A stretch of DNA of 64,000 nt from an uncultured bacterium (GTDB taxonomy: Bacteria > Patescibacteriota > Minisyncoccia > Phycocordibacterales > UBA9973). The position numbers and the translations under genes are program-made. The notes beneath the pieces were generated by a model, which made no database searches, was not told the origin of the DNA, and worked only from the letters and a program-made list of their open reading frames with translations. Positions 19,091 to 28,922 of this stretch are shown piece by piece; position 1 is the stretch's first letter; each line of letters starts with the position of its first letter. The DNA is taken from assembly GCA_903892035.1 (NCBI GenBank), contig CAITGV010000001.1:226711-290710 (forward strand), written 5' to 3'.

Positions 19091-20644
19091 ATGAGTTTTT
19101 CACGAGTATACTCGGCACAAACACATTTACTGAAAGGACAAATTGTGACAGTTGAGACGGACATATCACGTGGGCTAAATGCTTTCTCGATTGTTGGCCT
19201 GCCTGATAAAGCTGTCGAAGAAGCAAAGGACAGAGTGGGAAGCGCTTTAAAAAATTCCGGCTTCGAATCACCAAAACACAAAAACCAAAAAACTGTCGTG
19301 GCCCTTGCTCCTGCAAATATCAAAAAAGAAGGGCCCTTTTTTGACGTTGCAATTGCTCTCGGATATCTACTTGCAAATGGGGAAATTGTTTTCAAACCTG
19401 AAGGAAAAATATTTTTAGGTGAGCTTTCGTTAAATGGCGAATTGCAAATGATAAAAGGTGCACTACCTCTGACAGAAGAAGCAAAGAAGCGTGGATTTAC
19501 TGAGATATATTTGCCAATTGAAAATGCAAAAGAAGCAGCTTTAATAGAAGACATAAAAGTCTACGGAATAAAAAATTTAAAAGAATTAATAAATGCAATT
19601 GATGAAAACAATTTGGAAGATGAAAATTATAAAAAAATTTCTATTCCTCAAACACCTAGAACAGAAATAATTTACAAAAGAAAAAATCAATCAATAGATT
19701 TTTCGGACGTGCGCGGACAAGAATCAGCAAAAAGGGGATTGGAAATCGCCGCAGCGGGTGGACACAATATTGCAATGTCGGGTCCGCCCGGAACGGGAAA
19801 AACAATGCTCGCTCGGGTTTTCACAGACCTGCTACCCGATTTGCGGCTTGAAGAAATTTTAGAAATTACTGGCATTCACTCTATCGTCGGAGCACTTGAT
19901 GATGACTTAGTTACAGCGCCACCATTTCGTGCACCACACCACACAGCATCATATGTTTCACTCATTGGTGGTGGCACAAATATAAAACCAGGAGAGGTGA
20001 CACTCGCGCATAGAGGTGTACTTTTTTTAGATGAGTTTCCTGAATTTGAAAAACGTGTAATTGAAAGTTTACGTCAACCACTTGAAGACAATGTGGTCTC
20101 AATTTCTCGAGCAAAAGGCACAGCACTTTACCCTTCAAATTTTATTTTAATAGCTGCAATGAATCCTTGTCCCTGCGGAAATGCTGGAGTAAAAAACAAA
20201 CACTGTGTTTGTAAACCAAGTGACACTGCGCGTTATGAAAGAAAAATTTCAGGACCAATTATGGATCGCATAGACATTTGGGTAAATGTCGGAATGGTGG
20301 ACTACGACAAATTAGGTGAGGAAAAGGGTACTGGAGAAAACACAGTCACAATAAAAAATAGGGTATTGAAAGCTAGAAAAATTCAAGCAGATCGTTTTCG
20401 AAAAGCTAAAAAAAATATCACTACAAATAGCGATATGAATGTAAAAGATTTGGCAATTTTTGCACCACTATCCGCTGACGTAAAACAAATTTTAAATCAA
20501 AGTGCTGAACGTTTACAACTCTCAGCTCGCGCATACCACAGAGTAATTAAACTCGCGCGCACAATCGCTGACCTAGAAGGCAGTGTAAATATTTTAGGAA
20601 ATCATATTTTAGAAGCTCTTCAGTACCGCCCAAAAAATAATTAG
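19091..20644 (+). CDS. yifB: Mg-chelatase-like AAA+ ATPase YifB/ComM
   Basis: N-terminal Lon-like domain, Walker A MSGPPGTGKTMLA, Walker B VLFLDEFPEF, C-terminal ChlI-like region. Confidence 0.85.
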   Translation: MSFSRVYSAQTHLLKGQIVTVETDISRGLNAFSIVGLPDKAVEEAKDRVGSALKNSGFESPKHKNQKTVVALAPANIKKEGPFFDVAIALGYLLANGEIVFKPEGKIFLGELSLNGELQMIKGALPLTEEAKKRGFTEIYLPIENAKEAALIEDIKVYGIKNLKELINAIDENNLEDENYKKISIPQTPRTEIIYKRKNQSIDFSDVRGQESAKRGLEIAAAGGHNIAMSGPPGTGKTMLARVFTDLLPDLRLEEILEITGIHSIVGALDDDLVTAPPFRAPHHTASYVSLIGGGTNIKPGEVTLAHRGVLFLDEFPEFEKRVIESLRQPLEDNVVSISRAKGTALYPSNFILIAAMNPCPCGNAGVKNKHCVCKPSDTARYERKISGPIMDRIDIWVNVGMVDYDKLGEEKGTGENTVTIKNRVLKARKIQADRFRKAKKNITTNSDMNVKDLAIFAPLSADVKQILNQSAERLQLSARAYHRVIKLARTIADLEGSVNILGNHILEALQYRPKNN

Positions 20645-21801
20645 TTTCCAGTGTAGCTATGATGTCCTTGACCTAGGGGATTTTTTGCGTGGCGAACTTC
20701 AAAATGCAAATGTGGACCAGTACTGTGCCCAGTATTTCCCACAGCACCAATTATTTCTCCACGAGAAACACTTTGTCCTTGCACGACATCAACACGAGAC
20801 ATATGGCCATAAAGTGTTTCAGTTCCATTTGGATGTTCGATTGCAACAAATTCTCCATAACCTTGGTTATAGCCTGAAGGTTTTGCAATAATAACTATTC
20901 CATCTGCTGCAGCCATTATTGGTGTACCAATACTTGATGCTAGGTCAACTCCATCCTTGAAATGCAGATCTTGAGAAACAACACTACTTGAGATTGAAAC
21001 AGGGCGCAAGAAATAATTTCCAAGATCAGGTCCAGAATACTGAGCGGATAATGCTGGCATACCATATGAACCACTTGAAACTTTTGGTTTTTTTGTATTA
21101 ATATTTTTTATAGGCGGAGTGTCACCTTCAACCAAATCTGCATTGCTTGGGATTAAAATCTCATCACCCAGAGCTAGAGCATCTCCTGCACCTATATCAT
21201 TGTAAAGACTTATATCTTTTGCATCAATTTTGTATTTTTTTGCAATACTTGCAAGCGTGTCACCCTTTTTTACAGTATATTGTGTACCAGATTCAGGTAA
21301 AATTGTAAGCATTTGGTCCAATTTCAAAGACTGACCACGCGAAAGATTATTTATACTTACAATTGTACTAGTAGTAACATCAAACATTTTTGCAACAGAG
21401 GCTATGGTATCTCCTTGGCGAACTCGGTAAACAGTAATTTGATCAGACGGAGTTGGCATCAAAGCAACGTCGGCAGAAGTTCCAAGTGGACCCACTTCAG
21501 AAACTAAAGAATTTTGAGAAATTGAAATATTTGTATCATCTTGATTTTTATTACCCATTGTCGGTGTAGAGACAGCCTGAAGGAGGGGAATTGTTTGCGA
21601 ATTTTTGTCAGAAGTTGAAGTACTCTGATCTTCGGCATTGGCCTGATTGCTACTAAATAGATTTCCTACGAAAGATAAAAATGAAGCACTTGCAGGTGTG
21701 ACCTGATACGCAAAGAAAAAAACCACAAGTGCTAAAAAGCCAATTTTTGCTAAAAGTGCCTTAAAATAAGGCTTATTTGGGATATTGTTTTGTAGATTCA
21801 T
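20641..21801 (-). CDS. LysM-repeat M23 family metallopeptidase (membrane-anchored)
   Basis: N-terminal TM. Two LysM motifs (YRVRQGDTIASVAKMF; YTVKKGDTLASIAKKY). M23 motifs HMSRVDV, GNTGHSTGPHLHFEV. Confidence 0.8.
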   Translation of the reverse strand: MNLQNNIPNKPYFKALLAKIGFLALVVFFFAYQVTPASASFLSFVGNLFSSNQANAEDQSTSTSDKNSQTIPLLQAVSTPTMGNKNQDDTNISISQNSLVSEVGPLGTSADVALMPTPSDQITVYRVRQGDTIASVAKMFDVTTSTIVSINNLSRGQSLKLDQMLTILPESGTQYTVKKGDTLASIAKKYKIDAKDISLYNDIGAGDALALGDEILIPSNADLVEGDTPPIKNINTKKPKVSSGSYGMPALSAQYSGPDLGNYFLRPVSISSSVVSQDLHFKDGVDLASSIGTPIMAAADGIVIIAKPSGYNQGYGEFVAIEHPNGTETLYGHMSRVDVVQGQSVSRGEIIGAVGNTGHSTGPHLHFEVRHAKNPLGQGHHSYTGN

Positions 21802-22034
21802 GAAAAAGGCTTATTTAATGGGCTTTTCTGGGGTATCTGCTAAAAAGTCTTTGTTTATAAGGCTATTTTAGAGATTTCTTTGCATTCTGGAGAAGGGAAA
21901 CCCCTCCTATATATAAGGGTAGCCCTATTAGACCCCGAAGTCAACCTTTTTTTGTCCACCTGTGGATAAAAAAAATTTGACACTATCCACAACTTATTGT
22001 TGCTAAAAATATACCCTTATATTACAATATCGGT

Positions 22035-24401
22035 ATGGCAACAAGAAAAACTCCAGGGTCAATGTCAAGTACAGGTGGCCCAGAAAAATTAAAATATAGT
22101 GTGAAGGCAGAAAGTAGTGGTCCAATTATTAATTTTAATCCTGTTATAAATAATAATCCTGAAAATACCAACAATATAAATATTGGTACAACAGGTACCC
22201 CAACGCCACCAACTCCGGCTGGTACTCCACCCGTTACACCAGTAACTCCTGGAACTACACCCCCAGCCCCAACTCCACCTGCTACTCCAACAACACCTGG
22301 TACAACTCCACCAACTCCGGCTAGTACTCCACCCGTTACACCAATAACTCCTGGAACTACACCCCCAGCCCCAACTACACCTGTAACTCCGGGAACTCCA
22401 CCTCCACCACCAGCTGCACCTCGAATGCCAACTGCGACATTTGAAACAGCTTTTCATAATGCTCGCGCAGATTATCTTGCAGCATTTGCTGCCGTTGTAG
22501 CTGCACGCCAAGCAGACGAACGTGCAAAACCAAAAGGTGTTATCGGTTGGATAAAAAATAAATTAACAAGTGAAAAAGTAGCAACAGGTCCTGCAAATGA
22601 CCCTGTTCTTGAAAGACAATTAGTAATTGCAGAACAAACATACAACAATGCAAAATACCAATACTACAACTCACAAATATTAGACGAAAAAGAAAGACTC
22701 GAAGGGTCAGTTTTACCCGGAGTACCAGGCCCACAATTTACTCCTGCTGAAATTGAATCACAAATGATGGTTTTTAAGCGTGACTTTGCAATGATTGATA
22801 TTGAAAACGAATTAAATGCTGTTCAGGCTGCAAAAGAAAGTGCAATGCCACCACTTCGAAAAACCCTACTCAGACAATCTCTTGAAAGTTACAACAACTG
22901 GCAACCAACAACACTAAAAGGAAAAATTGCAAAAAAAGCTCTCGCAATTGGATTAGCTACAGCAATTGCAATTCCAGCTGGAGGACTAATTTCTGCTGGA
23001 CTTGGTGCTGCAGGAGGAGCACTTGGAGTTTCCTGGCTCACTGGAACATTTAGTGGTGGAGTTGCTCATGCCCTCACAGGAAAAGCACTACTATATAGAT
23101 CGGGAATGGCACTCGGCGGTACAGCAGTCCTAGGTGGAATTGCTGAAAAATTAAATAAAGATAATTCTAAACATACTGCGATTGTTGAACGTGCTCAAAA
23201 TCGTGGAGAGTTAGCATTAGCACAAAATTTTGATCAAAACGTTTTGCAAAACTTCGAAGCACGTTACGCAGGAATTTCCGCAAAACAAAGAGAGACAGAA
23301 AAATCAAAACGTAAGCAAAATATGTGGCTAAGAATTGGATTGGGAACTCTTGCTTCTGCTGGAGCATCATTTTTGGCACCACATGAAAACATTCCTACAG
23401 ATGCTGTCACTGGAAACCATGCTGGTGGAGTTCCATATGATCCAAACTATTCTCACAGACTTGGACTTGATCCTTGGAACAATACTCCCGACTACACAAC
23501 TCACGCAATTCCTGTGAGTTCAATGGGTTTCAATACTACAATGGAACAACTTCAACATCAGTTTCAAGTTGATCATCCTGGAGTTGCATTACCACCAGAA
23601 CTTCAAGGAAGTGGCGCGGAAATTGCGCAAAGAATGGGAATGTTTCGCCCTGGAGCTACAGATGGAATGGAAAGTGGAGTAGTGCCTGCGGGTTCAACAA
23701 TCAGTATTGATAATCATGGAAATATGATTTTGCACAATTCTGTAAATGGCCAGGATGAAATAATAAATAAAGGCGCTCCATTTCACGATAAATTCTTCCA
23801 CTACACCGGCAACGACGCTCATGAAGTAGCTGGCAATGGAACAGTAGACAACACACCCCAAGGTGGTCTTGCTGAAAATGGAAACGTGGAGACAAACACA
23901 CAGGGTGATTTGTCTGGTAGTGCTACAAGTGCTACAGAATCTGCGACGAGCACAGCTTCATCTGGTTTCGCAGAAACATATTCAGGAATTGGTTCACACC
24001 CTGTTTACACTTCTTCAATGTTTTCAGGTTTTGCAACACCTGAAGCAAAAGCAGATTTTGGTTTCAAGGCTTTTATTGACAATGTTTACGGAGAACACGA
24101 CGCAACAGGACATTTATCTACAACTGGTTTCGAAACAGACGGTGGAAAAATGGCACTAGGTGGAGATTATCGTCCTGGTGAATTAATAAATGAAACAACA
24201 AGAGATGGAAACGTACTTGAAATCGATGGTAGCGATACACACGCTCAAGCATTTGTAAAAGGTCTACAGAAACTTTCAGAACTATCTGGAATTTATCCAA
24301 CAGCAACTGACTCAATGATGGATACAAAAACTTTCATTGAAGTTGCAATGTCAAAAATAAAAGAAGAAGATCTTATAAACGTCGTGAATTTGAAATATTA
24401 A
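22035..24401 (+). CDS. Hypothetical large protein with Pro/Thr-rich tandem repeat and Gly/Ala-rich hydrophobic segment
   Basis: 788-aa ORF. N-terminal PTPPTPAGTPP...repeat (two 34-aa units), then a glycine-zipper-like hydrophobic region. No known catalytic motif seen. Confidence 0.5.
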   Translation: MATRKTPGSMSSTGGPEKLKYSVKAESSGPIINFNPVINNNPENTNNINIGTTGTPTPPTPAGTPPVTPVTPGTTPPAPTPPATPTTPGTTPPTPASTPPVTPITPGTTPPAPTTPVTPGTPPPPPAAPRMPTATFETAFHNARADYLAAFAAVVAARQADERAKPKGVIGWIKNKLTSEKVATGPANDPVLERQLVIAEQTYNNAKYQYYNSQILDEKERLEGSVLPGVPGPQFTPAEIESQMMVFKRDFAMIDIENELNAVQAAKESAMPPLRKTLLRQSLESYNNWQPTTLKGKIAKKALAIGLATAIAIPAGGLISAGLGAAGGALGVSWLTGTFSGGVAHALTGKALLYRSGMALGGTAVLGGIAEKLNKDNSKHTAIVERAQNRGELALAQNFDQNVLQNFEARYAGISAKQRETEKSKRKQNMWLRIGLGTLASAGASFLAPHENIPTDAVTGNHAGGVPYDPNYSHRLGLDPWNNTPDYTTHAIPVSSMGFNTTMEQLQHQFQVDHPGVALPPELQGSGAEIAQRMGMFRPGATDGMESGVVPAGSTISIDNHGNMILHNSVNGQDEIINKGAPFHDKFFHYTGNDAHEVAGNGTVDNTPQGGLAENGNVETNTQGDLSGSATSATESATSTASSGFAETYSGIGSHPVYTSSMFSGFATPEAKADFGFKAFIDNVYGEHDATGHLSTTGFETDGGKMALGGDYRPGELINETTRDGNVLEIDGSDTHAQAFVKGLQKLSELSGIYPTATDSMMDTKTFIEVAMSKIKEEDLINVVNLKY
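22207..22410 (+). repeat. Tandem direct repeat (2 x 102 bp) inside CDS, encoding Pro/Thr-rich units
   Basis: ccaccaactccggct(g/a)gtactccacccgttacacca(g/a)taactcctggaactacacccccagccccaact repeated with period 102 nt. Confidence 0.7.
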
Positions 24402-24426
24402 TATTAACAATTAATTTAAAAAACAT

Positions 24427-24732
24427 ATGGACAATGAAATGATGGAAAAAATTTTGGTAGAGCTTGGAATGGGAAATCTACCAGAAGAAGAGAAAATTTC
24501 GACAATGGAGAGAATAGGAAAAATTCTTTACCAAGCTGTAATGTTGCGAGTAATGGACACAATGACAGACGAGCAAGCAGAAACTTTTGGCAAAGCAATG
24601 GGTGAAAATCCAACTCCTGAATTTATAATCAATTATTTGAAAGGTGTATTACCAAATATGAATCAAATAATTGAAGAAGAAGCTTTAAAATTCAAAGCAG
24701 AAAGCAAAGCAATAATGTCTTTAGGTGTATAA
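24427..24732 (+). CDS. Small hypothetical protein
   Basis: 101-aa ORF between two larger genes. No motif recognised. Confidence 0.35.
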   Translation: MDNEMMEKILVELGMGNLPEEEKISTMERIGKILYQAVMLRVMDTMTDEQAETFGKAMGENPTPEFIINYLKGVLPNMNQIIEEEALKFKAESKAIMSLGV

Positions 24733-24769
24733 ATTTTTATAACAAAACTATCGTGCTATAGTGTTATAG

Positions 24770-26698
24770 ATGAAAAACCATCTCGACACATTAAACGAAA
24801 AACAAAAAGAAGCGGTCCTAACACTTGTGGGACCGCTTCTTATTGTTGCGGGTGCTGGTGCTGGTAAAACCAAGACTCTCACGCACCGTATAGTAGAGCT
24901 TGCAAAAGAGGGAATTCCACCCGAGCAAATACTGGCCGTGACTTTCACAAATAAAGCCGCAAAAGAAATGCGAGAAAGGGCATTGGCACTACTTTCGAGT
25001 GAGCACATCGACGGTATTCCTTTTATTTCTACTTTTCACGCTTTGGGAGTTTATATAATTCGAGAAAATGCTGTAAAAATTGGTCTCACGAGAAATTTCA
25101 AAATAATGGATGAAGGTGATGCAATTTCTCTCATAAAAGAATCAGTGGTAGAAGCAGGACTCGACCCAAAACAATTTGAACCAAAGAAAATTAAAAGCGT
25201 AATCTCTCGAGAAAAAGGAAATTTTGTCACTCCAGCTGGATATGCAGATAAAGCATTTTCATATTTTGAAAAAGTTGTCGCAGACATCTGGGCAAGATAT
25301 CAGAAAAAAATAAAAGCCGAGGGTGGCTTGGATTTCGATGATTTATTGGTTGAAGCAGTTTTACTTTTAGAAAAGAATTTAGATATTCGCAAACACTATC
25401 AGGACAGGTGGCAATATATTCACATCGACGAGTATCAAGACACAAATCAAGTGCAATATGAATTTGCAAAACTTCTTGCTGGAACTTTGAAAAATATTTG
25501 TGTTGTGGGTGACACAGATCAAAACATTTATAGTTGGCGCGGAGCAAATTTGAAAAATATGCTCCATTTTGAAAAAGATTTTCCTGGTGCAAAAATTGTA
25601 ATGCTCGAGCAAAACTATCGTTCAACAAAAAATATTCTCACCGCTGCAAATGAAATAATTCAAAAAAATACCGTGCGTGTTCCAAAAAATCTTTTTACAG
25701 AAAAAGAAGATGGTGAAAAAGTTTCACTTCACGAAGCTTATGATGAAAGCCATGAAGCAATATATGTGGCTGACAAAATTCACTCACTTATGGAGGGTGG
25801 GGTAGAGGCAAAAGACATTGCTGTACTTTACCGTGCAAACTTTCAATCTCGCGCACTTGAAGATGCATTGCTTGCAGAGCAAATTCCTTATCAAGTTTTA
25901 GGTACACGCTTTTTTGATAGAAAAGAAATTAAAGATACTCTTTCGTATTTACGTGCAGCAGAAAATCACAATTCGCTTTCAGATATTAAAAGAGTAATAA
26001 ATTTTCCTGCTCGTGGAATTGGAAAAGTTACCATTGCAAAAATTTTTGCAGGCATGACAAATGAATTGCCAGCAGGTACACAAAAGAAAGTTGAAAACTT
26101 TTATAAACTTCTTGAAAAAATAAAAGCCTTCTCCCTCACAAGCACTGCGTCGGAAACTATTAAATACATCATCAAAGAAAGTGGCTTGGAAGAAATATTG
26201 AGAGCAGGGGGTGCAGAAGACCTCGAAAGACTCGAAAACATAAAAGAGCTTGTAACGCTTGCTAAAAAGTATGATAATCTTGGCGCCGATGGAGTGATAA
26301 AGCTTCTGGACGATGCCACTCTCGCAAGCGACCAGGATACTCTCCTTATGGCTGAAGGCAAAAAAGCCGACAATGCTGTGCGACTTATGACGGTGCACGC
26401 TTCAAAAGGTTTGGAATTTAAAAATGTTTTTATTACAGGTCTTGAGCAAGATTTATTTCCAAATAAAAATAGAGTGGCAAAAACAAAAGAAGATGGGGAA
26501 GAAGAGAGAAGACTTTTTTATGTCGCACTCACTCGTGCTGAAGAGAAAGTATTTTTAGTGTATGCTGGAATTAGAACCATATTTGGTTCAAGACAAATAA
26601 ATGCTCCGTCAGAATTTATTTATGACATACCGGAACATTTAGTAGAAATAGAATACGGAAATCCAGGAAAGAGTAAAGAAAAGATAGTTTGGATATGA
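24770..26698 (+). CDS. pcrA: ATP-dependent DNA helicase, UvrD/PcrA family
   Basis: LN..Q..AV....GPLLIVAGAGAGKTKTLTHRI (motif I), DEYQDTN (motif II), YRS, VHASKGLEF (motif VI). Confidence 0.85.
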   Translation: MKNHLDTLNEKQKEAVLTLVGPLLIVAGAGAGKTKTLTHRIVELAKEGIPPEQILAVTFTNKAAKEMRERALALLSSEHIDGIPFISTFHALGVYIIRENAVKIGLTRNFKIMDEGDAISLIKESVVEAGLDPKQFEPKKIKSVISREKGNFVTPAGYADKAFSYFEKVVADIWARYQKKIKAEGGLDFDDLLVEAVLLLEKNLDIRKHYQDRWQYIHIDEYQDTNQVQYEFAKLLAGTLKNICVVGDTDQNIYSWRGANLKNMLHFEKDFPGAKIVMLEQNYRSTKNILTAANEIIQKNTVRVPKNLFTEKEDGEKVSLHEAYDESHEAIYVADKIHSLMEGGVEAKDIAVLYRANFQSRALEDALLAEQIPYQVLGTRFFDRKEIKDTLSYLRAAENHNSLSDIKRVINFPARGIGKVTIAKIFAGMTNELPAGTQKKVENFYKLLEKIKAFSLTSTASETIKYIIKESGLEEILRAGGAEDLERLENIKELVTLAKKYDNLGADGVIKLLDDATLASDQDTLLMAEGKKADNAVRLMTVHASKGLEFKNVFITGLEQDLFPNKNRVAKTKEDGEEERRLFYVALTRAEEKVFLVYAGIRTIFGSRQINAPSEFIYDIPEHLVEIEYGNPGKSKEKIVWI

Positions 26699-26700
26699 GT

Positions 26701-26792
26701 CTTCCTCTCCTTTACAAGGAGAGGATACAGGAGAGGTTCTTAATTAATGCACCTCTCCCCAACCCCTCTCCTTATTAATGAGAGGGGGGGGG
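26701..26792. repeat. Second-family palindromic repeat (CCTCTCC/GGAGAGG modules), intergenic copy
   Basis: Hairpins CCTCTCCTTTACAAGGAGAGG and CCCCTCTCCTTATTAATGAGAGGGG. Shares CACCTCTCCCCAACCC(C)TCTCCTTA with the copy at 35234-35333. The G-run creates a spurious upstream ATG for ksgA. Confidence 0.75.
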
Positions 26793-26801
26793 AAATACAA
26801 T

Positions 26802-27653
26802 ATGTACCACAAAGCAAAAAAATCAATGGGTCAAAATTTTTTGAAATCGGCAAAGGCTTTGTCGCAAATTATTTCGGCGGGAGAAATAAATTTGCGGGAC
26901 ACAGTGCTTGAAATTGGTCCAGGAAAGGGGGCACTGACAGAAAAACTTTTAGAGACTAGTTGCACTGTTGTCGCTGTAGAAAAAGACAAATCTCTTTTTG
27001 AATTTTTAAATGAAAAATTTGCAGAATACATAAAAAATAAAAAATTAATTTTAACTGAAGACGATATATTAGAATTTGATATTTCAAAATTAAAGATACA
27101 AAATAAAAATTACAAGATTGTAGCCAACATTCCCTACAACATCACTGGTGCAATATTGAAAAAATTTCTTTCAAGCGAAAATCAACCTGCGAGTATGACA
27201 CTCTTGGTACAAAAAGAAGTCGCGGAGCGTATAGTGACTCGTGATAAAAAAGAAAGCATTCTTTCAGTGAGTGTGAAAGTTTACGGAATGCCAAAATATA
27301 TAGCAAAAGTTCCAGCACGGTATTTTTCTCCTGCACCAAAAGTTGATTCTGCGATAATTCATATTGGGGGGATTAATAAAGAGAAATTTAATACACCTCT
27401 CTCTAGCTCAATCCTCAATGAGCACATTGACCTACTGGGTTGTAAGGAGAGAGGACAGACTCCTGAAGATTGGTTTTTTACAGTTGTAAAAACTGGTTTT
27501 GCGCATAAGAGAAAAATGGCTATAAGTAATTTGTCTGAAATACTAAAAAGGGAAGATCTAGGTAAAGCATTTGCGACACTGGAAATTTCCGAAAAAGCTC
27601 GCCCAGAAGAAATCCCCACAGAAAAATGGCTTGCATTGTCAAAGATGCTATAA
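26802..27653 (+). CDS. rsmA: 16S rRNA (adenine1518/1519-N6)-dimethyltransferase RsmA/KsgA
   Basis: MGQNFL, EIGPGKGALT, NIPYNIT motifs. Start placed at the ATG after the repeat, not at 26778. Confidence 0.8.
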   Translation: MYHKAKKSMGQNFLKSAKALSQIISAGEINLRDTVLEIGPGKGALTEKLLETSCTVVAVEKDKSLFEFLNEKFAEYIKNKKLILTEDDILEFDISKLKIQNKNYKIVANIPYNITGAILKKFLSSENQPASMTLLVQKEVAERIVTRDKKESILSVSVKVYGMPKYIAKVPARYFSPAPKVDSAIIHIGGINKEKFNTPLSSSILNEHIDLLGCKERGQTPEDWFFTVVKTGFAHKRKMAISNLSEILKREDLGKAFATLEISEKARPEEIPTEKWLALSKML

Positions 27654-27660
27654 TTAAAAA

Positions 27661-28011
27661 ATGAAAAATAAAGTTTTACTCTTGGGAATTATCTCTCTTC
27701 TCCTGGTTTTTGTAGGTTTACTACAAGGACAAAAAGCAAATGCTGGGGTCGGGCTTTCTTTTGGAGGAAGAATCGTAACAACAGAAGTACCAGGGGTAGA
27801 ATGTGCAAGTGGGTATGGAATTATTTCAATTACCCCAGCAGGGAAATTTCAAGTTACAGATTACGCAACTACGGGTTTTTACCCAGTAGTAACACACGTT
27901 GGTGGATACATCCTTGGTTTATACAGTCCAATCATGGCTCCACTTTGCGTAGACGATGCAGGTACACCGTGGATGGCCTTCCCTGTAACATATTGGGGTT
28001 CAGGTAAATAA
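27661..28011 (+). CDS. Small secreted hypothetical protein (signal peptide)
   Basis: N-terminal signal peptide MKNKVLLLGIISLLLVFVGLLQG. First gene of the T4SS-like cluster. Confidence 0.45.
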   Translation: MKNKVLLLGIISLLLVFVGLLQGQKANAGVGLSFGGRIVTTEVPGVECASGYGIISITPAGKFQVTDYATTGFYPVVTHVGGYILGLYSPIMAPLCVDDAGTPWMAFPVTYWGSGK

Positions 28012-28012
28012 T

Positions 28013-28918
28013 ATGCAAAAATTTCTTCCTAGTAAAAAATTGGTAATCAAAATCGTAAGCATTGCTTTAATTTTAGTTATCATCTATTTTGCAATAAACC
28101 AAATAAGTAAAAACTCTATTAGTACCACAAACAACAACGACCCTAAAAATATTGCGAACCCGACAGTAGTTTTTACTAGCGTAGTACAACAAGATAGCAA
28201 TAACAATGGTATTCCAGACTGGGAAGAAACTCTCTGGGGACTGGACCCAAAAGGCAATGGTGATGCGAATAAAAAAATAATTGATGCAAAAAAAGCTACC
28301 TTACCTGATCAAGTAAACGGAAAAGATACTAGCGCCGACAATGAAACAACTCTTTTTGCAAAAGAGCTTTTTGCAAGTATTATGGCTTTAAAACAAAATG
28401 GCAATTTATCAGAGCAAAACGTATTGGCTCTTGGTAGTACACTGCAAGCAAATGTTTCAGAAAAAAAGGACATTCCTGATATTTATACGGAAAAATATTT
28501 AATTATAATAAATAGCAATACGCCAAATGACATTGAAAAATATAGACAAAATATGCAAAAGGCCATTGATCCATTTAATAAATCTGCAATGGGTAACGAA
28601 CTTTCAATAATGGCAAACATACTTTCAACTGGCGACAAATCTCAGCTTTCAGATTTGGTAGATATAGGTAAGACATATCAAAAATATGCAGAATCAATGG
28701 CAAAAGTACCAACACCGTCGGGAAATGTAAAAATTCAATTGGATATTGTGAACTCAACAGCAAAAACTGGACTAGCTATACAAAATATGTCTCAAATAAT
28801 AGACAATTCTCTTATTGGTTTACTTGGTGTCAGCCAATACGGCACATATATAGGGAAATATAACGATTCATTAAAAAATTTACATACCTATTTATTAAAT
28901 AATGCTATAATAAAATAG
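28013..28918 (+). CDS. Hypothetical bitopic membrane protein (N-terminal TM anchor)
   Basis: 301 aa, one TM (IVSIALILVIIYFAI), with an Asn/Lys-rich periplasmic domain. Topology resembles VirB8-like proteins, but no sequence motif confirms this. Confidence 0.4.
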   Translation: MQKFLPSKKLVIKIVSIALILVIIYFAINQISKNSISTTNNNDPKNIANPTVVFTSVVQQDSNNNGIPDWEETLWGLDPKGNGDANKKIIDAKKATLPDQVNGKDTSADNETTLFAKELFASIMALKQNGNLSEQNVLALGSTLQANVSEKKDIPDIYTEKYLIIINSNTPNDIEKYRQNMQKAIDPFNKSAMGNELSIMANILSTGDKSQLSDLVDIGKTYQKYAESMAKVPTPSGNVKIQLDIVNSTAKTGLAIQNMSQIIDNSLIGLLGVSQYGTYIGKYNDSLKNLHTYLLNNAIIK

Positions 28919-28922
28919 TAAT

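Noticed and set aside
22190-22410. Possible CRISPR-like array (regular repeats)
   Set aside because: Only two ~102-bp units, coding and in-frame (Pro/Thr-rich), with no short spacer/repeat alternation and no cas genes.
22089-22511. 140-aa minus-strand Cys/Trp/Ser-rich ORF
   Set aside because: Antisense translation of the Pro/Thr-rich tandem repeat; compositional artefact.
26778-26801. Upstream ATG (MRGGGKYN) for ksgA
   Set aside because: It is encoded by the G-run of the palindromic repeat, and the canonical KsgA N-terminus begins at the next ATG (26802).
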